Below, one piece after another: positions 14,756 to 28,900 of a stretch of DNA of 64,000 nt. Every line of letters starts with the position of its first letter. Position 1 is the first letter of the stretch. The translations under genes were made by a program, and so were the position numbers. Origin of the DNA: the human T2T-CHM13v2.0 reference genome, Homo sapiens; NCBI RefSeq assembly GCF_009914755.1, contig NC_060925.1. One strand, 5' to 3'. A model generated the notes under the pieces. It ran no database searches and had not been told where the DNA came from. It saw only the letters and a program-made list of their open reading frames with translations.

Positions 14756-16759
14756 GAAAAGAAAATGGGGTGCAAGGAGAAACCAAGTGTGTTGATGTTA
14801 GCTATATTAGGTGCCTGGAATCAGAAAAGGCAGGACACTGAAGTCTAGACAGTCTGCCATTAAACTAAACTTAATTAGTATAATTAAATACAAGTTAATG
14901 CATACATATAATTAATGTATACTAATTAAGTCATAGTACCATGCAAAGCCTGCTGATTGATGGGCTAGATTAGCAATTCAAGTCATTAGCAAGAACAAAA
15001 TTCTAGCATGCAAGACAGATTGTCCTTAGAAGTTAAGCAGGTATTATTCTAATCCTTGGAATCTCACATTGCCAAATTTATTTCAAAAGTCATTAACTAA
15101 TTTTTAACATTCTGGTTCTGAGAAAAGAAAACATATCAAAACGTATCCATTGTTCAGGAGACATCAGCCACAATGAACAAGCCCAGCTTTATAGCCCGTG
15201 GTATCTCCCCATCAAGTTTCTGAAATCTTGTTTGTTTCACTCTTTGTTTTGAGCCCTGTGATTCTAGGTCTATATATCCCAGAGAAGGGTAGCACATTAA
15301 CCCGTTATCAGCTGTCATAAACTAAACACAGGCTATTGTATCAAAAATAACTAGAGATCACTTTAGAATGGAGAGTAGAGCTTCGAGGGAATGAGATGCT
15401 GTACAAACTTCCCTACAGGAAGATCGCAATGCACCCAGACAATGGCTAAAGGGGAAGAATTTCAGCCCAGAATCCAGAGGAGAGCATTAGCACCTTGGGT
15501 AGAGAATGAACATAATGGCATGAAGAAGACCTCAAAGGCAAACCTCCTCTGTAACTGTGTGTGAGCCAAGACTATACAAGATAGATGAACACAGGCAGTC
15601 TGTGAAAACTGAGTTCAGATCCTGCAGCAAGAACTGGATGATACAACACAGGAGAGATATGACTCCACATGTAGGCCTAAGTATGCTCTATTCCATTGGG
15701 AAGGTCAATATTTTTATTCAATTACATCAGAATGCTTTGGGTCCCATCCTATAAATATGTAGAATCCTCCTGAGGGTTGTTAACCTTTGTTATCTTTATC
15801 AGAATGTTTCCAGGCTGGTGAACATTTTGGTGAGTCCAGAACCTTTTAAAATCTTTCTGCAAGTCTGATTACATCCATCTGGCCCTGATTAATATACAAT
15901 TAACCTGCCAAGCGCTGTCTCAGAACCGCAGAGTCCAAGCCATCTCTGAGCCATCATCTTGCTAAAACTGGATATTACAAGAGCATATGAGGCCAACAAG
16001 AGTACAAAGGAGGGTGGTATAACTGAGGGCTGGAGGCGTCAAGAGAGTCCTTGAAGTAAAGGGAATGTGGGCCAAGCTGGAAGGAAGCCAGAATTTATAT
16101 TCCTTTGGAGCCACCCCAGTGTTTAACAAATAATAGATACGTAATAACTATGTGTTGATTGAAAAGGGGGCTAATGAGGACTCATACACTTCACAATAAA
16201 TTACCAAGGGCAACATCCCCAAGATTTTAGTTAGTGGAAGCATTCATTAAACATCCTTTCAAGGTTTTGGGACCCCACATGTCCCCAGTGAGAAACTGTG
16301 CCTTCCTGAGCATCTAGCAAGCTGCTGGGGAGGAATTTGGAAGCCCTGACATTCCCAATCACTTCTGATAGAGGCTTTTGTCCAAATCAGTTTGTGTACA
16401 CGTGGATAGTGAAAAATCTTCTCTTTATATGTGGAGAGGCAGGAAGAAGAAGACATAAGAATTGATTGTTTGATTAAATTTGTTATGTTTACTTGTGGGT
16501 TGTTGTTTCTTTTATTCTTCTGATTTCAGTCCAACATATTTGGGTGGGGCCGGCATTCAGCCTCAGTATGCTGTACCCAAAGCATTAGAGGGGGAAAAGG
16601 AAGTAGTATATTCAGGGACAAAGACAAGTCCAGCAGGATGTGATGATGTTTGAGCACCTACTTTCTCAATTTTTAATAAGCTATTTTGTTATTTCATAAA
16701 AATACAGTATATTTCAGCCTTTGGTTTTTAAAGAGAAATAGATGTTTTCTGAAGACTCA

Positions 16760-17435
16760 ACATTCAATGGTTCTCTCTTTTCTCCTTGAGACTGACAAAT
16801 TCGTCCCCTTTGATGTCATCAGTGGCTTTGGCCCATGATGACTTTCCTTTTCCCCATCCTCCATGGATGGCTCCTCTTCCTGGATCTCTGCCTAGGCTTC
16901 TGCCTTCAATCTCTTCTCTTCTTATACTGCATAATCTTCCTTGCTTATCAGGTATATTACATTACCACATATGTGGTCATTTCTTATAGACTGATGACTC
17001 ACAAGTCTATATCTTTACCCAGATCATACTCTGGAACTCTAAATGATTACTGGACATATCATGTTCAACTTGAAGACATTCCTCCCTTACCCATGCATTT
17101 TCCTGTTTTTCCAGTTTCAGAGAATATAAAATAGTTATCTACCCATCATCCAAACCAGATACCTACAAACATATCTTTTCTTTCTCTCTCACTTCCCATT
17201 CCCAGCATATCACCAAGCCCTATTAATGCTGACAGTTAGATGTCTCTCAGAGCTATCCACTTCCCTCCGTCTTTAATGTCACTACCCTAGCTCCAGCTGC
17301 CCAAGTCTCACCATGACAACCACAGCAGGCTTGATGGATCTCCCACAAGGCTCCACTCTCGTTCTCTCCAATCCATTCTCTATGCTGCAGCCAACGTGAT
17401 CTTTATAAAATTAATACAGTCCAAATAAGGTCAGA

Positions 17436-17484
<49 letters not shown>

Positions 17485-18048
17485 ACTTTGCTTAAACCTC
17501 ATATTTGCCCTGAGGATAGATGCCAAAATACTTTGCACAGCCTTCATGGCCCTGTGTGGCTGCCTTCTACCTCCTCTCCAGCTGTCCCTCACACCACTCC
17601 CTACTTTTTCTTTATATTCCAGCTCCTCTGTTCTTTTTTCAGTTCCTCACTCTTGTACTTCCCACAACCACAAGGCCTTTGTCCATGCTGGCTCTGCCTG
17701 TAATTCTCTCCTCCACCACAACAACCCTTCCAGCATCGATTTTATTTCCGTCTACCCTTAGGATCCCAATTTAAACCTCTCTTCCTCGCAGCAATCTCCC
17801 CTTAACTGTGGACTAGGTGAGGCTCTCTGTTATACATACACAATCCATACCATCCTGCCCCCATATTTCAGACCACTTATGATTTTATATTTATTTGCGA
17901 TTATTTGACTTTTAAGTCCCCTACCAAAATATAATATCCATGAACAGAGACTACCTCTGTTTTATTTACCATTACTTCTCCAGAGCATAGCATAGTGCCT
18001 GGTACATTGTAACTAACTAAAAAATATGTGATGAATAAATGAATGAAT
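16760..18048 (+). mobile_element. L2 LINE (~1.3 kb 3' portion)
   Basis: ctgatgactcacaagtctatatct...tccaatccattctc...agcatagtgcctggtac...tgaataaatgaatgaat. Confidence 0.85.
17437..17482. repeat. (CA)23 microsatellite
   Basis: Perfect CA run inside the L2. Confidence 0.98.
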
Positions 18049-18643
18049 ACTGTATTCTTCCTCCAAACAATATGTAGCCAAGTTTTTTTTTTCCAAGTCT
18101 ACCTCCTTAACATCCCTCATATTTATCTCTGCTTCTCCTTCCCTAGTTCTCCTCATTCACAGCTTAACAACTTCTCACCTGTCTATTACAGAGGTCTCCC
18201 AGAGGCTTCGTACACCTGCTCTCCTGATACAGGTACATCTCTTTTTATTGCACTTCCCAGATACTGAGGTTCTGTTGTTATTGTTTTGTTTTGTTTTTGC
18301 TTTACAAACTGAAGATTTGCAGCAACCCTGTGTAAAGCAATTCTATAGACACCAGTTTTTCAACTGCATGTGCCCACTGCATGTCTCTGTGTCACATTTT
18401 GGTAATTCACAAAATATTTCAAACGTTTTCATTATTATTATCTCTGTTATGGTGATCTGTAATCCGTCATTTTTGATGTTACTATTGTAATTGTTTTGGG
18501 GCCCCACAAACCACACAAATCAATCAATGTTGTATGTGTTCTGACTGCTCCACCAACTGGCCATTCCCCTCTCTCCCTCTCCACAGGCCTCCCTTTCCCT
18601 GAGACACAATAATATTGAAATTAGGCCGATTAATTATTTTGCA

Positions 18644-19909
18644 TTGGCCTCTAAAGTTCAAGTAAAAGGAAGAGTCACACGTCTCTCACTTTAAGTAAAA
18701 AACTAGGAATGATTAAGTTTAGTGAGGAAGGCATGTCGAAAGCTGAGATAGGCCATAGGCCAAAAGCTAGGCCTCTTGTCAAACAGTTAGCCAAGCTGTG
18801 AATGCAAAGGAAAAGTTCTGTAAGGAAATTAAAAGTGCTACTCCAGTGAACACACAAATGATAAGAAAGCAAAACAGCCTTATTGCTGACATGGAGAAAG
18901 TTTTAGTGGTCTGAACAGAAGATCAAACCAGCCACAACATTCCCTTAAGCCAAAGCCTAATCTGGAGCAAGGTCTAAACTCTCTTAGATTCTATGAAGTC
19001 TGAGAGAGACAAGGAAGCTGCAGAAGAAAAGCTAAGAGAGGTTGGTCCATGAGGTTTAAGGAAAGAAGCCATCTCCATAACATAAAAGTGTGAGTGCTGA
19101 TGGAGAAGCTGCAGCAAGTTATCCAGATCTAGCTAACGTAATTAAGGAAGATAGCTACACTAACAACGGATTTTCAACACAGATAAAACAGTCTTCTATT
19201 GGAAGAAGATGCCACTGGGGACTTTCACAGATAAAGAGGAGTCAATACCTGGCTTCAAAGCTTCAAATAATGGGCTAACTCTTTGATTAGGGACTAATGT
19301 AGCTGGTGACATTAAGTTGAAGCCAAAGCATATTCACCATTTTGAAAATCCTAGGGCCCTTAAAAAATATGCTAAATCTACTCTGTCTGTGCTCTATACA
19401 TGGAACAAGGCCTGGATGACAGCACATCTGTTTACAGCATAGTTTACCAAATATGTTAAACACACTATTAGGACCTATACTCAGGAAAAAAAATAAAAAA
19501 CACATTCCTTTCAAAAGATTACTGCTCATTGACCATGTGCTTGGTCACTCAGGAGCTCTGATGGAGAGGTATAAGGAGATGAATGTTGTTTTCATGTTTA
19601 CTAGCAACATCCATTCTGTTGCCTATGGATCAAGAAGTAATTTTGACTTTTAAGTCTTATTATTTAAGAAATATATTTTGTAAGCGTATAGCTGCCATAG
19701 ATAATTATTCCTCGGCTAGAACTGGGCAAAGAAAGTTGCAAACCTTCTGGAAAGAATTCGCCACTCCAGATGCAATTAGGAACATTTGTGATTCATGGGA
19801 AGAGGTCAAAATATCAACATTAGCAGGAGTTTGGAAGAAGTTGATTCCAACCCTCATGGTGACTTTGAGGGGTTCAAGACTTCAGTGGAGGAAGTCACTA
19901 CAGATGTAG
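18644..19909 (+). pseudogene. Disrupted Tigger1 (pogo/CENP-B-like DDE) transposase
   Basis: Fragments such as SILLPMDQEVILTFKSYYLRNIF...[14 protein letters not shown] and LLLIDHVLGH; start appears changed to TTG; multiple frameshifts and stops. Confidence 0.88.
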
Positions 19910-20039
19910 TGGAAATAGCAAGAGAACTAGAATTAGAAGCGGGGCCTAAAGATGAGACTGAATTGCTAGAATCTTATGTTAAAACTTTAATGGATGAGGA
20001 GTTACTTCTTATGAAGGAGGAAAGAAAATAGATTTTTGA

Positions 20040-21153
20040 TCTAGGCAATGCCATTTGGGACATAGGCATGGGCAAAGATTTCATGATGAAAATGCCAAAA
20101 GCAATTGCAACAAAAGTAAAAATTGACAAATGGTTCTACTTAAATTAAAGAGCTTCTGCACAGCAAATGAAACTATCATCAGAGTGAACAGACAATCTAC
20201 AGAATGGGAGAAAATTCTTGCAATCTATCTGTCTGACAAAGGTCTAATATTTAAAGTCTACAAGGAACTTAAACAAATTTACAAGGAAAAAAGCCCCATT
20301 AAAAAGTGGGCAAAGGACATGAACAGACATTTCTCAAAAGAAGACATTCATGAGGCCAACAAACATATGAAAAAAAGCTCAACATCACTGATCATTAGAG
20401 AAATGCAAATAAAAACCACAATGAGATACCAGCTCATGCCAGTCAGAATGGCGATTATTAAAAAGTCAAGAAACAACAGATGCCGTGAGGTTGCAGAGAA
20501 GAAGGAATGCTTTTACACGGTTGGTAGGAGTGTAAATTAGTTCAGCCATTGTGGAAGACAGTGTGGCAATTCCTTGAAGACCTAGAACCAGAAATACCAT
20601 TTGACCCAGCAATCCCATTATGGGATATATACCCAAAGGAATATAAATCACTCTATTATAAAGATACATGCACGAATATGTTCATTGCAGCACTATTCAC
20701 AATAGCAAAGACATGGAATCAACCCAAATGCCCATCAATGATGAACTGGATTGTCTAACTGTGGTACATATATACCATGGAATACTATGCAGCTATAAAA
20801 AGGAATGAGATCATGTCCTTTGCAGGGACATGGATGGAGCTGGAAGCCATTATCTCCAGCAAACTAATGCAGGAACAGAAAATCAAACACCACATGTTCT
20901 CACTTATAAGTGGGAGATGAACAATGAGAACACATGGACACAGGGAGGGGAAAAACACACCCTGGGGCCTGTCATAGGGTTGGGGGCCAGAGGAGGGAGA
21001 GCATCAGGAAGAATCGCTAATGGTTGCTGGGCTTTATACCTAGGTGATGGGATGATCTGTGCAGCAAACCACCATGGCACACGTTTACATATGTAACAAA
21101 CCTGAACATCCTGCACATGTATCCCAGAACTTAAAATAAAAGTTGAAGAAACA
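20040..21153 (+). mobile_element. 5'-truncated L1PA (older, about L1PA11-13 type) inserted in Tigger1
   Basis: ORF2 C-terminal peptides ([16 protein letters not shown]) plus 3'UTR; 19-bp TSD aaagaaa(a/g)tagatttttga at 20021-20039 and 21154-21172. Confidence 0.95.
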
Positions 21154-21542
21154 AAAGAAAGTAGATTTTTGAGGTACAGTCTACTTCTAGTGAAGATGCT
21201 GTGAACATTGTTGAAATGACAACAAAAGATTTAGAATATTCCATAAACTTAGTTGATAAAGCAGCTTCAGGGTTCCAGAGGATTGACTCCAATTTTGAAA
21301 GTTCTACTGTGGGCAAACTGCTATCAAATAGCATCACAAGCTACAGACAAATTTTTCATGAAAGGAAGAGTCAATTGATGCATCAAACTTCAATTTTGTC
21401 TTATTTTAAGAAACTGCCTCAGCCATCCCAGCCTTCTGCAACCACCACCCTGATCAGTCAGCAGCCATCAACATTAAGGCAAGACCCTCCATCAGCAAAA
21501 AAGATTACAACTCGCTAAAGGTTCAGGTGACTGTCAGCATTT

Positions 21543-22418
21543 TTTTTTTTATTATACTTGAAGTTCTGGGATACAAGTTCAGAACATACAGTTTTGTTGC
21601 ATATATACACACGTGCATTGGTGGTTTGCTGCACCCATCAACCCGTCATCTACATTAGGTATTTTTCCTAATGCTATCCCTCCCCTAGCCCCCCACCCTC
21701 TGACAGACGCTGGTGTGTGATGGTCCCCTTCCTGTGTCCATGTGTTCTCATTGTTCAACTCCCACTTATGAGTGAGAACATGCCGTGTTTGGTTTTCTGT
21801 TCCTGTGTTAGTTTGCTGAGAATGATGGTTTCCAGCTTCATCCATGTCTCTGCAAAGGATACGAACTCATCCTTTGTTATGGCTGCACAGTATTCCATGG
21901 TGTATATGTGCCACATTTTCTTTATCCAGTCTATCATTGATGGACATTTGGGCTGGTTCCAAGTCTTTTGCTATTGTGAACAGTGCTGCAATAAACATGC
22001 ATGTGCATGTGTCTTTATAGTAGAATTTATAGATTTATAATCCTTTGGGTATATACCCAGTAATGGGATTGCTGGGTCAGGTGGTATTTCTGATTCTAGA
22101 CCTTTGAGGAATTGCTACACTGTCTTCCACAGTGGTTGAACTAATTTACACTCCCACCAACAGTGTAAAAGTGTTCCTATTTCTCCACATCCTTTCCAGC
22201 ACCTGTTGTTTCCTGACTTTTTAATGATCGACATTCTAACTGGTGTGAGATGGCATCTCATTGTGGTTTTGATTTGCATTTCTCTAATGACCAGTGATGA
22301 TGAGCATTTTTTATGTGTCTGTTGTCTGCATAAATGTCTTCTTTTGAGAAGTGTCTGTTCATACCCTTTGCCCACTTTTTGATGGGGTTGTTTTTTTTTC
22401 TTTTAAATTTGTTTAAGT
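21543..22418 (-). mobile_element. 5'-truncated L1PA (about L1PA7/8 type) inserted in Tigger1
   Basis: Antisense ORF2 end ([27 protein letters not shown]) and 3'UTR; TSD tgactg(t/c)cag(c/t)attt at 21528-21542 and 22419-22433. Confidence 0.95.
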
Positions 22419-24029
22419 TGACTGCCAGTATTTGTTTAACAATAAAGTACTTTTTAAATTGAAGTGTGTATATTTTCAGACATAATGCTATTGCACATTT
22501 AATAGACTAAAATGTAGCATAAACATAACTTTTATATTCACTTTTAAATGTGTGTGAATCACTTTTTTGCAATATTTGTTTGACTGTGGTTGTCTAAAAT
22601 AGAAACCTGCAATATCTTTGAGGTACATTTATATTCCAATCCAACATACATACTTTGAGAAGAGCGAACTTTCTAAATACAAATCTGAGCATGTCCCTCC
22701 CCTGTTCCAAACCCTTTATGTGCCTACAAATATGGAAATAGCTCACACCTCAGTTTCTTTGCTCTGAGCCTTCCCTTTGTTCTTTCCCCACCCCATGTTT
22801 TTGCTTAGCAGTGATCACCAATTTTTTTATGTCATGGCATGCATTTTAAAATAATACTTATACAGCAGGCCAGAATATAAAGAGGAGCTCCAAGAGCCCA
22901 AAGCTGAGGAATTCAATAATTTAACACACCTCTAATCCATGTAGCTTGTCACCGAGATTGGGGAACTTTGGCTTAGGAAATATTAGTTCAACATTTGAGT
23001 CTTGCTGGAGAGTGGCTTTCTCTATAAAATTTTTTCTTCACTTTCGTGACCCCAAAACTGCCTGGAAAACTTTTTAGTAATACTCTGAATACTTAATTTG
23101 TTTACATTCCTGCCTTTTTCTATGAGACTGAAAATCCCTTTGGAACAGAAAACATAGATTACTCACCTACGAATTCTCAGAATACAGTGATGGTGCCCAG
23201 CCGAACTGATAAAGAGCTAAAAAAAAGGAAGAGAAAGATCCAAGAATCTTTATTCCAAGTATCCTGGATGGTTGTTGGGTTAATTTCCCTTGGTCATCAT
23301 TTTTATATTTGTAGACATTTTTCTAAAACTAAAGCGGTTTCTTTCTGTTCCCCCAAGCCTTTTTTCCTAGAGGTAAGCTTTCAAACTACTACTATGACTA
23401 AGCAAAGTGCTGGCATTTCAAGTGATAAACATCCCAAAAAGAAAAAAAAAAATGGCTACTCTGTGAAATCGACTTCTAAGTGCCCAATAGACTATTGAGC
23501 TTTTTGCTGCCAGAAAATTTTCTGTCAACTGATGCTTCCAGAATCAGATGGTTCTCATCAGCAAGAAGAGAGAGATTCCAGAAGGTGAAGATTTTATAAA
23601 TGCATTGAAAAATGTCAACGTTTTTGTTTCAAGTTATGATTGAAATGAGCATAACCTCATATTTTAAAACACTAGGAATGCTCTTGAAGTGGTGAAAAGA
23701 CAAAAAGGAAAGCTGAGGCTGCCAGAACAATTTTTCGATTTCTCAGATGAACTTGACAACAAAATGAGTATGGCCAGAAGTCCATCCTCACCCGGAAAGC
23801 ACTCATGTGCTCACTGAGAAGCCAGTGAACATCATAGCTGATAGCCAGTTCCAAGGAAGCTCATTCAAGCACCTCTATCCAAGAAAGGGTGGCTCCAAGC
23901 AACACTGCCCAATTGCAGTAATTTCCTTCAGACTTTACACGTGACTATCAACTTATCGCTACTGACCTAAAAGCCAAACTACGCTTTTTTGTGATAGTTA
24001 TTGATCTTGCTTTTTTCCCAAACTTAGCT

Positions 24030-24140
24030 TCCCTGGTGAATAAACACTCCAGTACTCTTCACTGTAAAGTGTAGATGATACAATGCTTACCTCTCAGGGT
24101 TGTTGGAATAGTGAGAAGAGCCACAAAATATCATTGATCT
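24030..24140 (+). mobile_element. MIR fragment
   Basis: ctgtaaagtgtagatgatacaatgcttacctctcagggttgttgg. Confidence 0.6.
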
Positions 24141-24294
24141 ATACATTCTAGTGCTAAACATCAACTGAAATAGAAGATGATGCTCTTCTTTCTTTCAGTA
24201 GGGGCACAGAAGAATTCACTGGGAAACATGGGAGAGTAACCCAGCTCTGGGGCTTCATCTAAAGGACTAGGGGAAAAAGGGCTCCTATGAAGAT

Positions 24295-24853
24295 GTGGTT
24301 GGTGGCTTTGTCCTGTGCCCTCTTAGATAAGCTGGACTACATCTCTCAGAATTTCCTTCCCTGCATGGGGCGAGGCTAGGATTGACAACAAGAGAAATGT
24401 TCATAAGTTTTGGAAAGCAGAACGAAGTAGCAGCCATTGCACACTGAAGGTATGTCAAGGGCATGAGGCATGGTTGCAGCTCCTGGATGTTGTGACTGAT
24501 CTGTGGGCTCATTTTGTTGACACGGGACCCTCCAGGCTTGTAGCTACTCTCATTCCCACCAGACAGCTCCCTTCAGCTTCCTCAAGTCCAAGCCAGTTTG
24601 TCCTGGAGGGGTTTAATTTAACCTCATGGGTTCCAGGTGGGTTTTGCTCTTTCCCACTTAACATCTGGCTTTCCTTCCTGACAGCCCATCCTATCCATCC
24701 ACAGCAACTTCAAGCCCACACCAGGTGCAGAGACCACAGCATCCCATAGAATTCTTTATCAGATCCCACAGTTATGGAGGATCCGTATCATACTCCCCTT
24801 ATTTCAGATCATTCACTGTGGCTCTGCTTCTCTGATCGAGCCAAACTAATAAA
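24295..24853 (+). mobile_element. ERVL solo LTR (LTR41-like)
   Basis: Start tgtgg...actacatctctcagaatttccttccctg; end ggctctgcttctctgatcgagccaaactaata. Confidence 0.7.
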
Positions 24854-25363
24854 GTAGAAATCCTTCCCACCCTACTTTTCCCCCCAACTTTCTTAGGGAA
24901 ATGAAAGGAAGCTTCCTAAGGAAATGCACTGTGCCATCCTCTGTCACAGATAGAAAAAGTTTCCGTCATAGTCATGTGACTCCGAAATGCACAATCACCA
25001 GCACCTCATCCACTTTCATTCCCAATAGCCGGGGATGAGGAGTAACATTTATATCATCATAAAAGAAATACTTGTAAGGCAAATTCTTGATCTTCAGTCT
25101 GAGTCATCCAATGTACTCAGATCCAAAGGAGGCAATTCTCAATTCCTTTAACACAGATGGGACCAGTGAGAGGGGATCCTAGTCATCCTACAAACTTCTG
25201 GAGTTACCACATGAAAGAACTTCTCTACTTTAAAATACTTACTCTAGCATCCTGATCCACATCCTCAAAGACCTTTTCAGAAGCAGGAAACAAAAGTAAA
25301 TGGCCACCCACATACTATGGAGTTGGTACATTTGCTAAGTTGCCCAGGCAACAGAACTAATGA

Positions 25364-25764
<401 letters not shown>

Positions 25765-25856
25765 TCAAACTTTCTTTAGAGTAACACAGCTGAACAATAA
25801 TTGTGCGATCTCAAGAAAGTCTGGGTGTGTTGAGAACACTTTAAACCTAAGCACCT

Positions 25857-25952
25857 TGCTATGGTTTGAATCATGGTGTCCCCACCAAAATTCATGTGGA
25901 AACTGAATCCCCAGTACAATCTGATTAAGAAGTGTGGCCTTTAGGAGTGGAT
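25857..25952 (+). mobile_element. MST-type MaLR LTR 5' fragment
   Basis: tgctatggtttgaat...gtccccaccaaaattcatgtggaaactgaatcccca. Confidence 0.8.
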
Positions 25953-28900
25953 GTAAATAAACAAAAAGAGGTCCAGAAAGGAGGCAGGAAGTTTAATTGT
26001 GGTATCTTGGAGGAAGGCAGGAGAAATGGCCCCTGGAGAGGACAGCTTAGTGTGTTTGTTTATCCCAGCCCAGGCCTGGAGGACAGGTCAGCCCTATCCT
26101 CAAGGAGGCTGCAGACAGAAGCCAAAAACACTGTTTCCAGTGGAATTTATCTCTCAGGATCAATCAGGATTACTCCAGGACCCAAGGGACCAAATCCATC
26201 CAGCTGGGGAGTGAGGATATATTTACAGGAAAACACAGTGTTGCTTTGGGCACTGGAGATGACCCAGGAGGAACAACAGTGGGTACTTATGGGCTCCACC
26301 AGGGCAGTTTCCAGGCCTGGAAGCAGCTCTCTCCCTAGAGCCCCTGTAACAGTGGCCACCACATATTTCCCACTAGTAGCCAATGGGCAGGGGATATCGG
26401 CAGGAAGTAAAATAAAGAAAACTGCACGTGAGCCCATAGACAACACGTAGGGACTCCTAAAGTCTCCATAGTTGCTGGAGATATAATTTTAATATAATTC
26501 CACAAGTGCCCACAGGCTAGAGGGGTGGAGGATACCCAGGTTCTATTCCATTAGATTAGAGTGAAATGAATGAGGAAAATACTTATCCCAAAAGCAAATG
26601 CAATATATAGAAACTACAGAGTAAAAGTTCAAACTAACCTTTCCTTACTTGATATTTACACTTACCAATTTTTTAATATATTCATTTTTTTAAATTGTCT
26701 TCAAATAATGTATGCCTTTGCCACTTGACAATAAGTTGGCTCTCCATTCATTGTTTGCAGGATCGCATCCACTAACAAAGAGGTGGGCCCCTGTTTTTCA
26801 AGCCAGAATATTTAATTTTGTTGATGCTTCCTCCTCAGTGTTTCTTAGAAAAACAATGAATTTTGTCCCATGCTGTTTGTAGAAGAGAAAAACACAGAAG
26901 GCAAGATTTTGCGAATGCCATCTGTGCTATTAACAAGTCACATTATCTCAGACTTTCACAGTGCATGGCAGTGTCCCAGGCACAACATTTGGTCTGTGTC
27001 ATGTACAAATGCCTGAAGTTTCAGCTGCATTATTCCTCACCTATGAAACTCAGGGGACTGCCCAGATGTTCTTAAAGGATTCCTTCGGCTTCAATATTGC
27101 ATCTCAGAATTTCCAACATGATATAACTTACGAGGAACTCCTTCCACAGAAATAAACCTTCCAAAACCCTCGCAAGACATTTTTGTAAACTACTGAGTGG
27201 TATATTATTTTTAAAAAATCACTTTAAATAAAGACTCACTTTTATTTTAAACTGGAATAATATTGACTGTGTTATAAAAGCCCTATTATCATTAATAATA
27301 GCCATAATATATGAAAAGTTCCACCTAAGTTCCATTACATTAATTTTGTAATATAAAACAGTTTACAAAAAAGGTTACAATGGCGTATGTACAGTTTGGA
27401 GACCATAGAATATATATTATATAATTTTATACATGAAAATACATATGTAGGTGCAAAAGTTATAAATGTATATGTAAATGTAGACTGAAATTTAACTAAA
27501 TATTATGACAATAAAATAGACTTCTTCATAACTTTTGCATTTTAGTTCTAAACTAATTGAAAAAAAGGCTTTAGATTTTTACTTGTAAACCCTCTCCACA
27601 AATAATGTATTGCTGATATATCATCTTTGTTCCCAGTAAAGTGGATAAAATCATCATAACAGTTCCTCTGTAAACATTAGTTAAGAACTGAAAACATAAA
27701 AGAATTTCCATTAAATAATTGAAAGTTAAACAGTTTATCATCTTGATCTTTAGTGAAGATTATCTTGAGATTAACCTACACAATTATACCCACGTTTCAG
27801 CATCAATGTTCATTATGATCTCATATTTAACCAACAATTTATGATGGGTACAAATTTTAAAATATGTGAGCAAGAATAAAAATTATTTGTAATTATACTA
27901 CCACAAGGGAAAGAGGTGTTTGGCTGAGAAATAAATTAGCTGAGTGATAAAATCACAAGCAGCGTCTTAACAGGCTCGCTCACATGTTCACTAGGTCCAT
28001 CTCAGCATCCTTCATACTGACTTGTTTTGAAGAGGAAAAAAAAAAATAATGGCTTATGTATTGACTTTAAAACGGGGCATTCTTGTCTTTAATAATGTGA
28101 TCCCACCAAGTACTTTGCAAACCCCCAAATTGACAGCCACAGATTAGAAAATGTCATAATGTTGATAATATTGAACCATTTCCTAAAAGGTTCTGCTGTA
28201 ACTGAGTTCTGTTTGTCAAGACTGCCAGAGCTTAGGAAAAGACACAGCTTCCCCACTGTTGTCCTGGCACTGGCCATCTCACGAGGCACACAATCATTAG
28301 AACATCTAAACAGATGGCCTTTCGTCCAAGGCAGGCCCTATAGAAGACCCTTTCTTGTTAATACATTCTCTCTTTGTGAGGATTGTTTCTGTGGCTTGGC
28401 AAATTGTTTGCCATCTTCTTCATCCATTCCTCATTCTGAATTATCTATGTGACTTTATCTGGGACGTGGTTCGCAGGCTTCCCTTGATCTTGCTAGCCCT
28501 CACTTCTAGTTTTACATCAGCTGCTGTCCCTGACTCAGCACTCTAAATAAAAGCAATTGTTTGCTCCTTTTTCAGTATGTATTGCTTTTGGCTCTGAGAC
28601 AATAGAGCTGAAACTAGACCTCAGGGCTATAGGAGAAAAGTGTTAAGTTCTAAGAGTATGGGATAACATCCATGGGAATAGGCAAGAGAAAACACATCAA
28701 ACTGCTTTTCTAGACACACTGACATCTCATGTGAATGAAAGAAAAAAATAGTTTGTGAATTCTCTTAATTAGGCCTATTTTTTTTCTGTATCTAAATTGT
28801 GTTTCTTTCTAAGATCAAAAAGGACCAAAAAAGACTCCTGAGGCTGTTTTCTTGTCATTTAAGTTTCAAAAACAGTAAAGTACTTTAATTTCGCTTAATT

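Larger units (their letters stand above)
18230..22631 (+). mobile_element. Tigger1 DNA transposon, near full length (~2.38 kb after removing two L1 inserts)
   Basis: TA|caggtacatct...gaggtacattta|TA termini, Tigger1 5' sequence, pogo-like transposase ORF fragments. Confidence 0.95.
18060..23235 (+). mobile_element. Second L2 fragment split by Tigger1 and a small hAT-like MITE (~22810-22970)
   Basis: L2-like sequence at 18060-18229 resumes at 22634 (ttccaatcc...ctttctaaatacaaatctgagcatgtc) and ends near 23235. Confidence 0.6.

Noticed and set aside
18644-21518. Domesticated TIGD-like transposase gene
   Set aside because: The reading frame is fragmented, the start codon appears lost, and an L1 interrupts the element.
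25932-26450. Longest ORF in the window (172 aa)
   Set aside because: It starts at GTG inside an MST LTR fragment, has no recognisable domain or exon structure, and its length is compatible with chance in a locally GC-richer tract.
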